A stretch of 64,000 bases of DNA from an uncultured Nitrospiraceae bacterium (GCA_963727775.1 CAVSHB010000002.1:736001-800000); one strand, 5' to 3'; positions 22,180 through 32,963 are shown, counted from the first letter of the stretch. A program made the numbers and translations. Notes: a model not told the origin generated them from the letters alone.

Positions 22180-22293
22180 TTTATATCCATTAAAATTGTA
22201 ACATAATTGAGACCGATTTCACTATCAGTTATGAGCAAAGGGAAAATATGCTGTAGAATTTTGTTTTGGCCTATTTTTTATAAATTTGAACAG

Positions 22294-22443
22294 ACGGCAG
22301 GCATGTATGCATCAAAACCTCTTGAACGCAGGATTTGTGTCTATCGTTATTTAACGATAATAGTAAAAAATATAGGTTATTCGGATCATTGACCGCTTAC
22401 AAAGGAGCTGCACAAGAGCTTTTGATGCATACATGCCTGCCGT
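22294..22443. repeat. 31-bp inverted repeat pair (30/31 match) enclosing two small hairpins
   Basis: ACGGCAGGCATGTATGCATCAAAACCTCTTG (22294-22324) versus 22413-22443. Confidence 0.85.
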
Positions 22444-22485
22444 GAAATGCATTTGAAAACACTGAGATTTATGGACGGACTCTAA

Positions 22486-22599
22486 TAAGGGAGGATACAG
22501 TGTTTGAGCGGTTTTAAATTCTGTGAAGATTTATCGGAACAGAATTTACCTCGCAGGGCGATAGCCCGAGAATGAGCTCAAATACTGTGTCCTCCCTTA
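22486..22599 (+). repeat. Three-way-junction repeat, copy D
   Basis: TAAGGGAGGATACAGTGTTT...AAATACTGTGTCCTCCCTTA outer stem with the conserved core. Confidence 0.88.
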
Positions 22600-22644
22600 G
22601 TTTGCAAATATTTTATAAAGAATCATGAATAATAAGGAAGTCGC

Positions 22645-24489
22645 CTACGGGACTAAGGCTCTATGGGTCTTTATTGCCAGGGATAGGAAAGATTTTTTGT
22701 CAGAGGAATAAAGGATGATTCCCTTCCGCTCAAAATCATCCAGGATTGAATATACATCCCCGGATGATCTGCCGAGTTCTTCGGATACTTTATCGATCGG
22801 CTGGTATTTTTCGATAGCCGAAAGATAGATATCTTTTTCTATTGAACCGAGAAGGTACTTTAATCTCTGCGCGCCCCGGGATATATCGATCTGCAAGCCA
22901 TTAGGGAAATCGGTATATAACATATAATTATCCCGCGGATTCTTGTCTTTAATCTCTTCGACTTTATTCCTTATTATTCCTGATAACCTGTACTGTTCAT
23001 CGTCATTATCAAACTGATACGGATAGGGATAATTGGAATAAGACGGCATCGGAAAGTCTTTAAAGATAGACGAAAAGATAGACGCGGCGTGTCTTTGCAG
23101 GCCGTATTTTTCGATGTCCAGAAAAACAGGGCAGTCCGTCGGCAGATAGAATTCTCCGGGATAGATCTGAATATTTTCACTTACAAGTATATGGGTAATG
23201 AGGTCCATGACCCGGAGATTTTCCTTCACGTCGTTTTCCGTCATATTCGGGAAACATGTGAAAAGATTAAACTGGACAGGCACTCCCAATTCTGCGGCAG
23301 CCTTCAAGACCTCAACGTTTTTTAAAGCCGTAACACCCTTGTTCATTAGCCGGAGCAGCCTGTCACTGAACGTTTCGATCCCGATCTGGAAGTTTGATAC
23401 CCAATTGCCGAAGCGATGAATCGCCGACAGCACTTCTTTGTCCATTCTCTCAGCGCGAAATTCCGCATAGATAAAATTGAAGTCCTTGCCTTCAAGGTAC
23501 CCGGATATGTCCTTAATATTTTTCGGGTCCTTGAGCGCATCTGAATCCAGAATGAAAAAATTTCTGAGGTTCGAAGAAATACTCTGGTAGTATTCTATTT
23601 CTTCTTTCACACGCGCAGAGGTCTTTGCCTGGCACAGTATGTTGTATGATTCATCTGGACAGAAGCTGCACTTTTTCCATGGACAACCTCTTCCAAATTC
23701 AATCGGCAGAATGATGTCTCTGTGTTCTATGGGGAATTCGGTAAAATCATATTTGGGGAAGGGGAGAGAATTGATCGACACATTCGGTTTTGGTTTTGAA
23801 TCTCTGGTTTCTCCGGTTTTGTCTCTGAACACGACATTATAGAAATCTTTTCCGGAATCCGTGATATGTTCAAGCAAGTTTTCAATTGTCACTTCACACT
23901 CGCCGATACCCACGAAATCCAGGAAGTCCATATTTTTCAGCAGATCTTTGGCAAAAGTGCCTGAACAGTCTTTGCCTCCGACGATAGTTAGGATATCGGG
24001 ATATGAATGTTTTATCATCGAGCACAGCAGGAGAGAGCCGCTTAATTGGTAATGGGAGCAGCTGAAACCTATGAGTTTTGTGCCTTTTAAATACGGCGAC
24101 AGCTTTGAATAGGCCGACTTGATAAATGCGCCGGCTGTTTCCCTTATTTCTTCGAAGTCGTTTAATGTTAATCCGAGCGAAGCAAGGCGGTCTGCGAAAC
24201 GGTCTTTTGAATTTTGATACCTCTCCTCAAAAAGGAGTGTTGCGAAGACATAATCCAGTCCCATGTATTCCACGCCGGACTGTTCTGTAAGTTTAAGCAG
24301 ATTGTCGGTGATTCTCGGATCAAAATTTCTAAGGAAGGAAAGAAACTCGAGATGAAGATGAAAGGTTTTGGCACTTTTCCCTTTCTCCGCCAGGTAAGAT
24401 TGCATAATGCCGAGGTTGATGTTAGGTATATTGGCAAACCATTTTGATATAAATCTCGCATAGGGCATGGAAACAAAGATAAAATCCAT
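22645..24489 (-). CDS. B12-binding radical SAM enzyme resembling the RiPP-maturation (TIGR03975-like) family
   Basis: VSMPY N-terminus, IGFS...IVGG, RGCPWKKCSFC and QIGIETFSDRLLRLMNKGVTALKN. Confidence 0.75.
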   Translation of the reverse strand: MDFIFVSMPYARFISKWFANIPNINLGIMQSYLAEKGKSAKTFHLHLEFLSFLRNFDPRITDNLLKLTEQSGVEYMGLDYVFATLLFEERYQNSKDRFADRLASLGLTLNDFEEIRETAGAFIKSAYSKLSPYLKGTKLIGFSCSHYQLSGSLLLCSMIKHSYPDILTIVGGKDCSGTFAKDLLKNMDFLDFVGIGECEVTIENLLEHITDSGKDFYNVVFRDKTGETRDSKPKPNVSINSLPFPKYDFTEFPIEHRDIILPIEFGRGCPWKKCSFCPDESYNILCQAKTSARVKEEIEYYQSISSNLRNFFILDSDALKDPKNIKDISGYLEGKDFNFIYAEFRAERMDKEVLSAIHRFGNWVSNFQIGIETFSDRLLRLMNKGVTALKNVEVLKAAAELGVPVQFNLFTCFPNMTENDVKENLRVMDLITHILVSENIQIYPGEFYLPTDCPVFLDIEKYGLQRHAASIFSSIFKDFPMPSYSNYPYPYQFDNDDEQYRLSGIIRNKVEEIKDKNPRDNYMLYTDFPNGLQIDISRGAQRLKYLLGSIEKDIYLSAIEKYQPIDKVSEELGRSSGDVYSILDDFERKGIILYSSDKKSFLSLAIKTHRALVP

Positions 24490-24666
24490 ATTTTTTATTA
24501 TTGACTAAATCCAGCCTTTTTTCCAAGTGATCTTCTTTTATTGCTCTGAGGGAGGAAAGAATCGGGCATCATATACATATACATACCGGTCTAATGAAAC
24601 AATGCGCAGTTTGCTTTTTTTATAAATAATTTTTTATGCTAAATATAATATTAACTTTTTGGAGGT

Positions 24667-25023
24667 TTGGTGATGACTATAACTGATAAGGCTGCCGAAA
24701 AGGCAAAGGCCATATTGGCCGTTGAAGGAAAAGACAACTGGGGCATTAAGATTTATGTCGCCGGTGAAAGCTGCTGCGGGCCGTCATTCGGGCTCAATTT
24801 CCAGGAAACCCAGATGCCTGACGACGAAGTCGTCGAAAAAAACGGGGTTAAGGTATATATCGACAAACAGACTTCGGAAACACTTTCGGAACGGGAACTC
24901 GACTATTATATGGGTGCTGACGGAGAGGGCTTTATCTTTACCGGTGGGGTTTCATCCTGCGGCACAGGCGGTTCATCGTGCGGCTCCGGCTCCGGCTGCG
25001 GTTCAGGCTGCGGTTCAGAATAG
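24667..25023 (+). CDS. HesB/IscA family protein with a Cys/Gly/Ser repeat tail
   Basis: ITDKAAEK, CCGPSFGL, NGVKVYID and LDY motifs; tail SSCGTGGSSCGSGSGCGSGCGSE. Confidence 0.85.
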   Translation: MVMTITDKAAEKAKAILAVEGKDNWGIKIYVAGESCCGPSFGLNFQETQMPDDEVVEKNGVKVYIDKQTSETLSERELDYYMGADGEGFIFTGGVSSCGTGGSSCGSGSGCGSGCGSE

Positions 25024-25034
25024 AGCTGCAATAA

Positions 25035-26006
25035 ATGTATCCGGTCCATAGACCAAGAAGGTTAAGGAAGAACGCGACTATCAGGAGAATGGTGAGGGAG
25101 ACCTCATTATCTCCTGATTGTTTTATTTACCCCCTTTTTGTTACCTTCGGCAAAGGCGTAAAAAAAGAGATCTCTTCAATGCCCGGTTGTTTCCAGGAAT
25201 CCGTTGATTTGATCGTCAAACACGCCAAAGAGGTTTATTCCCTCGGGATCCCTGCCGTATTGCTCTTCGGCATCCCGGAACACAAAGATGAAATCGGTTC
25301 AGGCGCATACGATGAGCATGGCGTTGTACAGAAGGCAATTGGGGCAATTAAGAATAAAGTGCCTGGCCTTTATGTTATCACGGACGTCTGCATGTGCGAG
25401 TACACAAGCCACGGCCATTGCGGCATCATAAAGAATTGCGATGTCCAGAACGACCCGACACTCGAACTATTAGCGAAAGAGGCCTTCTCCCATGCAAAGG
25501 CGGGCGCTGATATGGTCGCTCCGTCGGACATGATGGACGGAAGGGTTGAGGCTATAAGACTCGTACTCGATGAAAATGGGTTCGAGGAAATCCCGATAAT
25601 GTCCTATGCCGCTAAATACGCGTCCGCCTTCTACGGGCCGTTCAGGGAAGCGGCAGAGTCTACTCCGCAATTCGGCGACAGGCGGTCATACCAGATGGAC
25701 CCCGCAAACAGGCGAGAGGCGTTGAAAGAGGTGGCGCTTGATATCGAAGAAGGCGCGGACATTGTGATGGTGAAACCGGCGCTTTCGTACCTCGACATAA
25801 TCTCCGATGTTCGTGATTCATTTGATGTTCCCGTTGCCGCTTATAACGTAAGCGGAGAGTATTCTTTGGTAAAGGCTGCGGGAAAACTCGGCTGGATCGA
25901 TGAACAGCGTGCTATGATGGAGATCCTTACCTCAATAAAGAGGGCGGGCGCAGACCTGATCCTCACCTATTTTGCTAAAGAAGCAGCAAAGATTCTGAAT
26001 AAGTAA
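25035..26006 (+). CDS. hemB: Porphobilinogen synthase
   Basis: [23 protein letters not shown] and YNVSGEY motifs. Confidence 0.96.
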   Translation: MYPVHRPRRLRKNATIRRMVRETSLSPDCFIYPLFVTFGKGVKKEISSMPGCFQESVDLIVKHAKEVYSLGIPAVLLFGIPEHKDEIGSGAYDEHGVVQKAIGAIKNKVPGLYVITDVCMCEYTSHGHCGIIKNCDVQNDPTLELLAKEAFSHAKAGADMVAPSDMMDGRVEAIRLVLDENGFEEIPIMSYAAKYASAFYGPFREAAESTPQFGDRRSYQMDPANRREALKEVALDIEEGADIVMVKPALSYLDIISDVRDSFDVPVAAYNVSGEYSLVKAAGKLGWIDEQRAMMEILTSIKRAGADLILTYFAKEAAKILNK

Positions 26007-26075
26007 TCAGCTACCAGAGTTTACCTATCAATCAACTGCGATATTTCGACCTTCTCCGTTAAAACGTATCCCTCT

Positions 26076-27983
26076 TTAGACATGGCTGCTTTCTCCATAC
26101 ATCCCCAGCCAATTTATAAAGTCCTGTGGGGCTAACGGCTCACTAAAAAGAAACCCTTGCGCTTCATCACACTTCTGGGAACGCAAAAATTCCAGTTGAT
26201 CAACATTTTCAACCCCTTCAGCAATCACTTTTAACCCCAGGCTGTGTGACATCGCAATAATCGCCTTGGAAATCGACTTATCATTAGGGTTTATCGCAAT
26301 TGAATGTAAAAAGGATTGGTCAAGTTTTATCTTGCTCAGTGGTAAGTATTTAAGATAACTTAAAGATGAATAACCAGTTCCAAAATCATCAATAGAAATG
26401 TTTATCCCAAGAGTTTTTAATTCATTGAGCGTCGACAAAGCCAAATCTGAATCCTGCATGACTGCACTTTCTGTGAGTTCCAGTTCTAAATACTTTGATT
26501 CCAGATTTGTTTCTTCTAATATATTCATCAACATTTTTACAAATGTTTTGTGCTTAAGCTGATGCATTGAAACATTGACTGACAGGACAATCGACGGAAG
26601 CCCGGCTTCCTGCCATGCTTTGTTCTGAGCGCAGGCAGAACGTACTATCCATTCGCCTATGGGTTGAATAAGACCCGTTTCTTCTGCTAACGGGATAAAC
26701 CGCATCGGAGGCAATAAACCATAATGGAGATTATGCCAACGCATTAGCACCTCCGCACCAACAACTTTCCCACTTTTCAAATCCACTTCCGGCTGGTAGT
26801 GCAAAATGAACTCCTTCTGCTGGAGTGCCTTATGTAGATAGCTTTCCATTTTTATTTTTTCCATAACATATGCATTGATTGACGGTGTATAGAATTGATA
26901 GTTGTTCCTTCCCTGTTCTTTGGCATGATACATGGCCGCGTCTGCATTTTTTACAAGTGATTCCAGATCGTTACCGTTTTCAGGAAAGATGCTGATGCCA
27001 ATACTCCCCGTGGTATAGATTTCTTTATTATTGATTACAAATACCTCAGATAGTTTTTCAAGGATTTTATTTGCAACGACAGAAGCAGCGTCAGTATTAT
27101 TTATATCACAAAATAGAAAGAGAAATTCATCGCCTGACAGACGGCTGACTGTATCACCTTCACGCATGGTATCCTGTAAACGCTTTGACACTGCCTGAAG
27201 AAAGAGATCACCTGTATTGTGACCAAATGTGTCGTTGATGAACTTGAACCTATCCAGGTCAATGAACATAATAGCTAATGATCGCTTATGTCTGCGTGCT
27301 TTTGCCAGTTCTTGTCTTAAACGATCATCGAATAAAGAACGATTAGGCAGACCTGTCAGGGTATCGTAAAAAGCAAGCTTTTTTATAATCTCTTCATTTC
27401 TCTTGCGGTCTGTAATATCTTCGCAAATCGTAATAATAGAAAGAACTTCTCCCTTAGTATTTTTAACTACATCCGACATTAAATATACAGGAAAGTTAGT
27501 GCCGTCTTTTCTTACATTAATGCTTTCTCTTTTATATGTGCTTTGTATCTGTTCGGGCATGGGTTTCCATATTTCAGGTGGACTAAATACTCGGGCTTCA
27601 GTGCCGAATAGATCTATATCGCTATAACCGTGCATTTCAGCATCAGCAGGATTTGAATAGATAATCTTTCCCTTTGCATTGCTGATGGTTACACCTATTT
27701 GCATATTATCAATGGCCTTTTTCAATGAAAGAAGAGTTTCTTCATCTCTCTTATGATCGGTAACCTCATGTTTCCATCGGCGATATAACAACAAGATAAG
27801 CCACAATAAATAAAGAAAAATGAAATTGATGATGAGTTCTATTGCAGGGAAACTTGTATATATGCTTACAAGTTCTTCGAGGATATGGATAAAATTCAAC
27901 GTTAACTTGAAAAAAGTGACAATGAAGGCAAGGAATAGGATAATGGATAGATAGAGGAGAGTTTGACTTTTCCTTTCCTTCAT
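26076..27983 (-). CDS. Membrane-anchored PAS-GGDEF-EAL protein
   Basis: Two hydrophobic segments, PAS/PAC, SGDEF, EVL and DDFGTGYSS. Confidence 0.9.
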   Translation of the reverse strand: MKERKSQTLLYLSIILFLAFIVTFFKLTLNFIHILEELVSIYTSFPAIELIINFIFLYLLWLILLLYRRWKHEVTDHKRDEETLLSLKKAIDNMQIGVTISNAKGKIIYSNPADAEMHGYSDIDLFGTEARVFSPPEIWKPMPEQIQSTYKRESINVRKDGTNFPVYLMSDVVKNTKGEVLSIITICEDITDRKRNEEIIKKLAFYDTLTGLPNRSLFDDRLRQELAKARRHKRSLAIMFIDLDRFKFINDTFGHNTGDLFLQAVSKRLQDTMREGDTVSRLSGDEFLFLFCDINNTDAASVVANKILEKLSEVFVINNKEIYTTGSIGISIFPENGNDLESLVKNADAAMYHAKEQGRNNYQFYTPSINAYVMEKIKMESYLHKALQQKEFILHYQPEVDLKSGKVVGAEVLMRWHNLHYGLLPPMRFIPLAEETGLIQPIGEWIVRSACAQNKAWQEAGLPSIVLSVNVSMHQLKHKTFVKMLMNILEETNLESKYLELELTESAVMQDSDLALSTLNELKTLGINISIDDFGTGYSSLSYLKYLPLSKIKLDQSFLHSIAINPNDKSISKAIIAMSHSLGLKVIAEGVENVDQLEFLRSQKCDEAQGFLFSEPLAPQDFINWLGMYGESSHV

Positions 27984-28201
27984 TGTTCGCTCATTTTGTG
28001 TAAAAAACCAGTTAGTTTTTCTGAACATTTTTGCTTTCAAAGTGAGGACAGCGTATTTTCAGGTTTAACTTCAAATTCTTTGAGCAAGGACTAAATATAT
28101 TGCATGTCTGAGAAAGGCTATTTCTGTTGATGCAACTAATATTTAGACTTATTTTATACCCCACAAAAATATGTTGAGGTGAAGGAAAAAATCATCGTTA
28201 C

Positions 28202-28561
28202 TTAATTTGATTTCACAAGCAAGACGTCAGCAACAATTTCTTTGCTGCTATTTTCTGACTTCGTTACTTTCTGAAGAGTGAAATCTTTTCCGCAAACAAT
28301 TTTTGCAACATCTTCTGTTTTTAGGTTGGAGAACTGTTCTTGAGTTACAGCCCATGTTACCGGTCCAACAGTTACTGCTTTTCCCTCGCAATATCCTGCC
28401 ACTATCGCGGTGACGTTCCCAGTTTTGTTGTCATAAGTTGCTCCCAGTCTTCCCGAAACTATAGAGACTGATGAATCCGCATAGGCCAGAGTTGCTCCGA
28501 TGGAAATCGATACTAATAATAAAGCCATGAATAGCAATCTCACTGCGCTCTTTTTACACAT
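28202..28561 (-). CDS. Hypothetical exported protein
   Basis: Signal-like N-terminus ending AYA; GAGGG ribosome-binding site. Confidence 0.7.
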   Translation of the reverse strand: MCKKSAVRLLFMALLLVSISIGATLAYADSSVSIVSGRLGATYDNKTGNVTAIVAGYCEGKAVTVGPVTWAVTQEQFSNLKTEDVAKIVCGKDFTLQKVTKSENSSKEIVADVLLVKSN

Positions 28562-28689
28562 ACCGCCCCTCGCTTTTTTTATAGACAACAGTTTATAAGA
28601 GAAAAACACAACCCTCTGAAAGATTTCTTCCTTCACTCTCATCCAGACAAAAATGTCTTTGTACCTTTTTCTACTACAATACACTTTAA

Positions 28690-28718
28690 ATGTTAAGGAA
28701 AAAGCAACCTCTTGTCAA
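28690..28718 (-). promoter_or_regulatory. Sigma70-type promoter
   Basis: Minus strand TTGACA-17 nt-TAACAT. Confidence 0.6.
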
Positions 28719-28738
28719 GGCAACCTCTGGGCTTTTTT

Positions 28739-30085
28739 TTAAAAAAAGTGTTTAAAGGGAAATTTTGACTTTTTCCCTTTTTTGAGAAGTTTACCTATCT
28801 CTTCAGGGGGAAGAGGAAGGCTGAATATGTTACCCTGAAGTTCATCACATTTGAGGGAACGGATGAGTTGCATCTGTTCCTTCTTTTCCACGCCTTCAGC
28901 TACGACCTTCATATTCAGCGTATGAGCTAAAGCGATAATCGCCCTTGCAATAACCTCGTCTGTAGGACTGAATGAGACTGAAGATATGAAAGGCTCTACA
29001 ATCTTCAGCTTGTTTATAGGAAAATATTTAAGGTAACTGAGGGAAGAGTAGCCAGTTCCAAAATCATCGATAGAGATACTCACACCTATCTTCCTTAACA
29101 CTTTAAGTGCCTTAACAGTACGCTCCAGATTTTTCAAAAAGATACTCTCTGTTAATTCTAATTCGAGGAATTTAGGTTCAAGCCCGGTATCTTCAAGCAC
29201 TCTGCTTACGATATATGTTATGTCTTCTTCATGGAATTGACGGGATGAGATGTTCACCGCAATACGTAAAGGTTTGAGGCCGGCTTCCTGCCAAACTTTA
29301 TTTTGTTTGCAGGCTGTGCGGAGGACCCATTCACCGAGTGGCACAATAAAGCCTGTTTCTTCCATTAAATAAATAAAGCTCTTTGGATAAATTAAGTTAC
29401 TCCCTGGCTTCTGCCAGCGAACAAGGGCCTCCAGGCCGGTTATCATCCCTGATTTAAGGTCAATTTGCGGCTGGTAGTGAAGGATGAACTCTTCACGTTG
29501 GAGTGCAAATTTCAGATCATTCTCCATTACCATTCGCTCAAACGCCCTTTCAGTTAAAGCTGGCGAATAGAATTGATATGTGTTTTCCCCGAGTTCCCTT
29601 GAGCGTTGCAAGGCTGTATAAGATGTATTGAGGAGAGCTTTAGGACTATTCCCGTCGTTTGGATAGACGCTGATTCCGACATTAATTGGCACAATCAATT
29701 TATGGTTTTTAAGAGTAAAAGGTGATTCTAAAGAGGCAAATATCTTTCTGGCTATTAGGGCGGCATCTTCAGCATGTCTGATCTCGGGTAGCAAAATCAT
29801 AAACTCATCTCTGCCAGGTCGAGCCACAATATCGCTCTTTCTTACACAAGCTTTTAGACGTTTTGCTATCGCCTTTAATAATTTATTGCCATAATTTTCA
29901 CCAAGTGTATCGTTAATTAGCTTTAAACGATCAATGCAGATAAACAAAATAGCCGCAATATTTTTATTTCGGGCTGCAAGTGCAAATGCCTGTGTTACAT
30001 AGTCAAAGAAGACATTTCTGTCAAGAAGCCCTGTCAAGGGATCGCAGGAAGCAGTTTTATTTACAGTTTTTTTCTGGTCTTTCAA
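28739..30085 (-). CDS. GGDEF-EAL protein with degenerate GGDEF
   Basis: RPGRDEF; EALVRW; DDFGTGYSS. Confidence 0.9.
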   Translation of the reverse strand: MKDQKKTVNKTASCDPLTGLLDRNVFFDYVTQAFALAARNKNIAAILFICIDRLKLINDTLGENYGNKLLKAIAKRLKACVRKSDIVARPGRDEFMILLPEIRHAEDAALIARKIFASLESPFTLKNHKLIVPINVGISVYPNDGNSPKALLNTSYTALQRSRELGENTYQFYSPALTERAFERMVMENDLKFALQREEFILHYQPQIDLKSGMITGLEALVRWQKPGSNLIYPKSFIYLMEETGFIVPLGEWVLRTACKQNKVWQEAGLKPLRIAVNISSRQFHEEDITYIVSRVLEDTGLEPKFLELELTESIFLKNLERTVKALKVLRKIGVSISIDDFGTGYSSLSYLKYFPINKLKIVEPFISSVSFSPTDEVIARAIIALAHTLNMKVVAEGVEKKEQMQLIRSLKCDELQGNIFSLPLPPEEIGKLLKKGKKSKFPFKHFF

Positions 30086-30396
30086 TTCAAGTCTTTTTCA
30101 GCTCCCGTGAGCTGTCTGTCGATCGAACAAGTATCCCGATCACTATCTGAAAAGCATTAAAAATTGCAAGGACATCTTATTGCCCTATTTTTCGTTTCAT
30201 CACTAATCTGACATGTCATTGGGATATCTTTAAATCTTTCTGACTCTAATTAGAATACAAAAATATTGATTTTGTCAAATATTCAGATTAAAAGTAGGCA
30301 ACTCTATTTTGTTGATTCGTGTTTGTATTGTCGCATCATAGAACAAGCTTTCAAAATCTCGCTTAGAATAGGAAGTACTTCAGTAATTCTGACCCT

Positions 30397-30879
30397 TCAT
30401 GCGACTCTTGTTTCTTGCTCTTTTCCTTTCAACCTTTGCCTGTAAGCGTCATAATCAGGCACGAAGCGCTCGTACGCTTCGGACATTAATGATGACGAAA
30501 TTATGAAGTCCGCCGAGGCCCGGTTGCACGCTACGGGAATGTTCCAGACTACGGCTATCCTCAAAAGGGCTTTCACGTCAGGATCGTGAGGCTGCGGTTC
30601 AAGAGGGTCCCAAAAAAAGATCAGGAAATCAATGATCCCTTCTGCTATCTTTGCGCCAATTTGCTGGTCGCCACCCAATGGGCCGCTTTGAAGTTTGATG
30701 ATCTCAAGCCCGAGTTCCTTCTCCAGAATAGTACCCGTCGTTCCCGTGGCATACAGCTTGTGCTGGGCAAGAAGCTCTCTATTAAATTTTGCCCATTGCA
30801 GAAGATCAGATTTCTTATTGTCGTGGGCAACGAGGACGATATTCTTCCTCTGCTCCATTTCTATCTTTTTAGATTCCAT
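30397..30879 (-). CDS. mgsA: Methylglyoxal synthase
   Basis: [23 protein letters not shown] and PHDPDV motifs. Confidence 0.95.
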   Translation of the reverse strand: MESKKIEMEQRKNIVLVAHDNKKSDLLQWAKFNRELLAQHKLYATGTTGTILEKELGLEIIKLQSGPLGGDQQIGAKIAEGIIDFLIFFWDPLEPQPHDPDVKALLRIAVVWNIPVACNRASADFIISSSLMSEAYERFVPDYDAYRQRLKGKEQETRVA

Positions 30880-30963
30880 AGAATTGTCCTCCTTATTCAA
30901 AGTAATCTCTCCATCCAGATTCTTATTTGCACTACGCACAATTATATCAGGTTCGAGGGATTT

Positions 30964-31575
30964 TTAAATTAAGCCCTTCTCCCTGTAAATGGACAGAAAA
31001 ATGTCCTCTTTCTTATGCATCAATGTCACCGACCGGGAAAAGGTGGTAATCGCAAATTGAAGGATATCTTCAGGCTTCACATAAAATAATTCAACGTTTC
31101 TTTGAGGAACATAGTATGTCAGAAGGTTTAGATGTAGGGCCTCTCTGCAGAATCCGAAAAGTTTTTTCAGCACATTCTTCATGGATTCCTCAATCCCGGC
31201 AACCCTGAGGCTGAATACACCACAGATAAAAATCACCTCAAACTTTTGCCTAAACTCTGTCTCTTCTATATCTATGGCACTAAACTCTGCCTCGGGATAT
31301 TTCTTCTTAGCAAGTGTAATCAAATTCTCGTTGACGTCGATCCCGCAATAACTTAGAGAAATCCCCTTTCCCCTGATGAATCCGTAAAAATCTCCCTTCC
31401 CGCATCCGAAGTCGAGGACCTTTTTGCCTGAGATATTGCCTGCAATAGTAAGGAGGGTCTCATACCTCCGCTGCTGGCCTTCGGGGGTCCATCTCACGGC
31501 TTGCGGCGAATCACCGAAGTCTTTCAGGTGCCTGTCATAGAAGCTCAAAAGCTCTTTTTTGCCGAGGGGGTCCAT
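30964..31575 (-). CDS. Class I SAM-dependent methyltransferase
   Basis: VLDFGCGKG motif. Confidence 0.85.
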   Translation of the reverse strand: MDPLGKKELLSFYDRHLKDFGDSPQAVRWTPEGQQRRYETLLTIAGNISGKKVLDFGCGKGDFYGFIRGKGISLSYCGIDVNENLITLAKKKYPEAEFSAIDIEETEFRQKFEVIFICGVFSLRVAGIEESMKNVLKKLFGFCREALHLNLLTYYVPQRNVELFYVKPEDILQFAITTFSRSVTLMHKKEDIFLSIYREKGLI

Positions 31576-31652
31576 TTTTTTTAAGATATACTTATTATAG
31601 TCTTAGCCGGCAGGATTGGAAACCCTGTTCCCAATACAAGAAATAAGATATC

Positions 31653-31764
31653 AATGCGGGAGACAGTATTTGAGCGGCTTTAAATTCTGTGAAGATTTAT
31701 CGGAACAGAATTTACCTCGGAGGGCAACAGCCCGAGAATGAGCGAAAATACTGTCTCCCGCATT
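31653..31764 (+). repeat. Three-way-junction repeat, copy E
   Basis: Perfect 19-bp outer stem AATGCGGGAGACAGTATTT with the conserved core. Confidence 0.9.
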
Positions 31765-31825
31765 TCCAGATAGTTCACGAATGATAGGGGTTGATGTTAA
31801 AATATATAAAAGAAAAGGAGTCTGT

Positions 31826-32176
31826 ATGGGCGAGTTTAAATATAAGGAATATACTGAAGAGGAAAATCGGATTTACAATGAAGCGATGGATAAGATAATG
31901 CGAGGCTTAGAAGACGGACTGAGCTTTCATGCCGCGTGCAGTGCTGCTCCTGTTGCGGATGAGGAGTTGAAAGCTTTCATTTTAGATGATGCTCTCAAGA
32001 TATTGATCGCAACTATGCATTATACAAAAGGGACCCCTCTGGATGAAGTAGCAGCTCTCTTAAATGTATCTGTTGAGATTGTCGACAAGGCAAACCGCGA
32101 AATGCTCGATGATGTAGCTATATCTTCCATGGAGGCATACAAGTTAAGTCCCGATGGTCCGATAGGAAACGCATAA
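31826..32176 (+). CDS. Hypothetical protein
   Basis: AAGGAG ribosome-binding site; first gene of a three-gene run. Confidence 0.7.
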   Translation: MGEFKYKEYTEEENRIYNEAMDKIMRGLEDGLSFHAACSAAPVADEELKAFILDDALKILIATMHYTKGTPLDEVAALLNVSVEIVDKANREMLDDVAISSMEAYKLSPDGPIGNA

Positions 32177-32183
32177 GGCCGGG

Positions 32184-32444
32184 ATGGAAGAGCAGAAAAA
32201 AAGAGTCAGGCTTTATTCTTTAAGCACTTGTCCCACGTGCAAAATGATGAAAAGATATCTTGATGACAATAACATAAAATATGAACTCATAGAAGTCGAC
32301 TTGCTGGACAGCGGTGAACAGTGGGTCACATCAAAGGAAATCAAGAAGTATAATCCGGCAGTGACTTACCCGACCTTAGTCATAGAAGAAGTCATAATAG
32401 AACTCGATAAGGAAGCCATAAAGAAGGCGTTAGATATTAAATGA
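32184..32444 (+). CDS. Glutaredoxin-like protein
   Basis: LSTCPTC and TYPT motifs. Confidence 0.85.
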   Translation: MEEQKKRVRLYSLSTCPTCKMMKRYLDDNNIKYELIEVDLLDSGEQWVTSKEIKKYNPAVTYPTLVIEEVIIELDKEAIKKALDIK

Positions 32445-32770
32445 CCCCTGACAGGCTTTATGATATTCTCAGCAAATATTCCGAATCCATCGGAATCCGG
32501 TTGAATAAGGACAAGGAATACGTCATGGAAATAATCGGGGGGCTGCTTACAAATGAGTCCCGATACGGTTACCGTTCGTGTCCCTGCCGGCTTGCGACAG
32601 GCGCAAAGATAAAGGATGCCGACATAATATGCCCGTGTATTTACAGAGACACCGACATCAAAGAATACGGAAGCTGCTACTGCAGGCTGTATGTTTCACA
32701 GGAATGGAATGGAGAGAAGATTAAGCATATCAGGGTGCCGGAGAGAAGACCGATAGATAAACAAGGCTGA
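32441..32770 (+). CDS. Ferredoxin:thioredoxin reductase catalytic subunit family
   Basis: CPCR, CPC and CYC motifs. Confidence 0.9.
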   Translation: MTPDRLYDILSKYSESIGIRLNKDKEYVMEIIGGLLTNESRYGYRSCPCRLATGAKIKDADIICPCIYRDTDIKEYGSCYCRLYVSQEWNGEKIKHIRVPERRPIDKQG

Positions 32771-32811
32771 AGCGATGTTTAATGAGATGTCAACACCCGA
32801 TTAATTAATCT

Positions 32812-32949
32812 CCATACCCCGCCGTCTCTGCGGCGGGCACCTTACGTCGTCGGGGTGCAGGGCGTCGGAGCGAAGCGCAGACCCTTGCCGACCCGCGGGG
32901 TCTAATACCCCGTGGTGTCGTGCCGAGCAAAGCGAGGTTTAGTTTATTC
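32812..32949 (+). repeat. 138-bp multi-hairpin element, copy 1
   Basis: Identical to 44988-45125. Confidence 0.95.
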
Positions 32950-32963
32950 ATAAATTTTGCTAC

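Noticed and set aside
9390..25023. Selenocysteine recoding in the hydrogenase or HesB-like protein
   Set aside because: All relevant positions are Cys codons; no in-frame TGA.
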